Below are positions 4,807 through 6,155 of a stretch of DNA of 6,155 nucleotides, in pieces. The translations under genes and the position numbers were made by a program. The stretch spans positions 1 through 6,155 of the IMG/VR virus record IMGVR_UViG_3300000330_000030, one strand, 5' to 3'. The notes under the pieces were generated by a model that did no database searches, was not told where the DNA came from, and saw only the letters and a program-made list of their open reading frames with translations. How positions within the stretch are numbered: position 1 is the stretch's first letter; each line of letters begins with the position of its first letter. This DNA comes from a virus.

Positions 4807-5865
4807 CTATTCAAATGTACCAATAAAATTGCCAGCACCAGAGGCTATAGAACTAAGGCCACGAGAAGCAGATTCCCAATAATGGGTACGACCTTTTTTC
4901 CGAGACAAGTCTGCACCATATTCATATAGCCTTTGCTTAGCCTTATCGGTATCATACTGAATATGCTTACGTAATTTAACATTAGCAGAATCATAAGATG
5001 CATCACGATACTGCAACTGATAAGCAGCATTCGAAGCCTTAATCAAAGATTCAGCAGTGCTTGAAGCAATATCATTAGATATCTTTTGACCAGAAGCCTG
5101 AGCAGCCGTTAATATAGCACGTTGGAGTTCAGTCTGAATCTGCTTTTCCGTAAGAGCACCATTTAACTGAAGATTAGCCAAAGTCTGACCTTTAATAAAT
5201 AAGTCGGCTTGTTGTTGTTCATCAAGATAACGGTTTAAAATACGTTGAGCATCAGAGTTCAAAAGAATCTGAGTTTCTTGAGCAGCAGACAATCGTTCAG
5301 CGAACTGAAGATTCTTTAATTCCTGAGCCTCTGTAGATTGGTCTAAGGAGGCAGAGATACGACCAGTTTCCTTATTCCAATAGCCAGACTGACCAACAGC
5401 CAGATTTTTCCAATTAGTCAAACCTTTATAATAATCAGCAATTTGAGGAGTAATAGAATCAATATAATTAGATTCTGACTGAGCCTTTTTCGCTTGGGCA
5501 AGAGAAGCTAAAGAATTAAAGACATTGGAAAAATTGGGCTTAAAAGCCTGCATAGACGGAACAGGAGCGGCAGTAGCAGCAGCACCACCAGAGGCAGGAG
5601 CTTTAGAACCAGCCATAGCGGCAGAACCTTGAATAAACGGATTCAAACCACGAGCAATCATAGCATTCGGAGAATTGTAAGCATTATTCATACCCCACAT
5701 TCTCTCTTGCCAATCACGCTGAAGCTGAGATTGCTCGGCATTGAACGCGTTTTGTTCTCGCATCACACGGAGGTTAACCTTATTCTGATGATTTTGGTTA
5801 ACCATGCCTACCACATTGTCGGTAAGATTACCGACAGTGGAAGCAATCGCATCGAAGAGACCCAT
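4807..5865 (-). CDS. VP2: Minor capsid / DNA pilot protein (VP2, H-like)
   Basis: 352-aa ORF whose ATG overlaps the upstream stop (TAATG at 5863-5867). The N-terminal LQRDWQERMWGMNNAYNSPNAMIARGLNPF resembles the ...ERM..N.A.....M...GLNP signature I associate with gokusho/alpavirus VP2. It is followed by an Ala/Gly/Pro linker (GGAAATAAPVP) and a long Q/L/A-rich helical-looking region, as in H-type pilot proteins. Size and synteny fit. Confidence 0.75.
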   Translation of the reverse strand: MGLFDAIASTVGNLTDNVVGMVNQNHQNKVNLRVMREQNAFNAEQSQLQRDWQERMWGMNNAYNSPNAMIARGLNPFIQGSAAMAGSKAPASGGAAATAAPVPSMQAFKPNFSNVFNSLASLAQAKKAQSESNYIDSITPQIADYYKGLTNWKNLAVGQSGYWNKETGRISASLDQSTEAQELKNLQFAERLSAAQETQILLNSDAQRILNRYLDEQQQADLFIKGQTLANLQLNGALTEKQIQTELQRAILTAAQASGQKISNDIASSTAESLIKASNAAYQLQYRDASYDSANVKLRKHIQYDTDKAKQRLYEYGADLSRKKGRTHYWESASRGLSSIASGAGNFIGTFE

Positions 5866-6155
5866 TAAACGTTAGGTGCAGGGGCGGACGCATCAGGAGC
5901 GGGCGCTGCACTTTGCTCTGCCAACACAGACTTAGCGAACTCAGTCAATTCCGAATGTTGAGAAGCCAATTCAGATAATACAGCCTGACGTTCAGACATT
6001 GTTTGACAATGACGGGAAATAACAGCATTAAAACGCTCTTCATCCGTCATACCATCCATCACAGTAGACTGCGTAGGATGCATCTGAGCCAATATATTAT
6101 TAACATTCATATCACCAAGCAAGCGACGATATTTTTCCTGATTCAAGAGAATCTG
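5865..6155 (-). CDS. C-terminal part of the junction-spanning 147-aa protein (same gene as 1..207). The ORF-track TTG start at 6146 is an edge artefact.
   Basis: The frame is open to the window edge (…QILLNQEKYRRLL…). 6102-6155 duplicates 1-54, so the ORF continues upstream to ATG 207..205. The C-terminus is helical-looking and ends in an Ala/Pro tail (AAPAPDASAPAPNV). The stop overlaps the VP2 ATG. Confidence 0.8.
   Translation of the reverse strand, partial: QILLNQEKYRRLLGDMNVNNILAQMHPTQSTVMDGMTDEERFNAVISRHCQTMSERQAVLSELASQHSELTEFAKSVLAEQSAAPAPDASAPAPNV
6102..6155. repeat. Terminal direct repeat, copy 2 (identical to 1-54)
   Basis: Exact 54/54 identity with the window start. Confidence 0.95.

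Noticed and set aside
4845-5030. 61-aa minus-strand ORF in the +1 frame of VP2
   Set aside because: It is short, Leu/Ile/Met-rich and typical of out-of-frame reading of T-rich codons. Nothing distinguishes it.
67-5868. Seven plus-strand ORFs of 68-95 aa (67..273, 347..553, 918..1124, 2166..2453, 3552..3788, 3815..4024, 5629..5868)
   Set aside because: Each lies entirely antisense to a well-supported minus-strand gene. They have odd compositions (Ile/Arg/Leu/Ser-rich) and no recognisable motifs, and Microviridae genomes are transcribed from one strand. They are most likely shadow ORFs.
5865-6146. TTG (6146) as the start of the 93-aa ORF
   Set aside because: This is an artefact of linearisation. 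The frame is open to the window edge and continues to an ATG at 207 through the terminal repeat.

Overview
The window is a complete small circular ssDNA phage genome of the family Microviridae. It is not phiX-like; it looks gokusho/alpavirus-like. The capsid N-terminus (FTAKVGEILP) and the very long Rep suggest the Bacteroidetes-associated 'Alpavirinae-like' lineages, but I cannot confirm that without a database search. Bases 1-54 are identical to 6102-6155, so the real unit is a 6,101-nt circle and the window is a linearised assembly with a 54-nt overlap. All credible genes are on the minus strand and are tightly packed. One 147-aa ORF (possible VP3-like scaffold) crosses the circular junction (207..1, continuing 6101..5865). 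It is followed by VP2 pilot protein (5865..4807) and a 468-nt non-coding region (4806..4339). Then come a 65-aa ORF (4330..4133), a 28-aa single-TM peptide (4143..4057), a 98-aa M15-family zinc peptidase (4060..3764), a 604-aa HUH Rep, VP4 (3767..1953), and the VP1 major capsid protein (1936..218). Gene junctions are ATGA or TAATG overlaps. In every frame I counted, third codon positions are strongly T-rich (54-64% T), and I used this to discriminate frames. Two areas deserve follow-up. The first is the non-coding region. It holds a 60% G+C island in a roughly 40% G+C genome, three GCGAAGC mini-hairpin motifs on the packaged-sense strand, a bipartite direct repeat 175 nt apart, and several perfect hairpins. 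The second is a compact TM-peptide plus M15 peptidase module, which is atypical for a family best known for single-gene (amurin) lysis. No tRNA, rRNA, CRISPR array, transposase or integrase is present.
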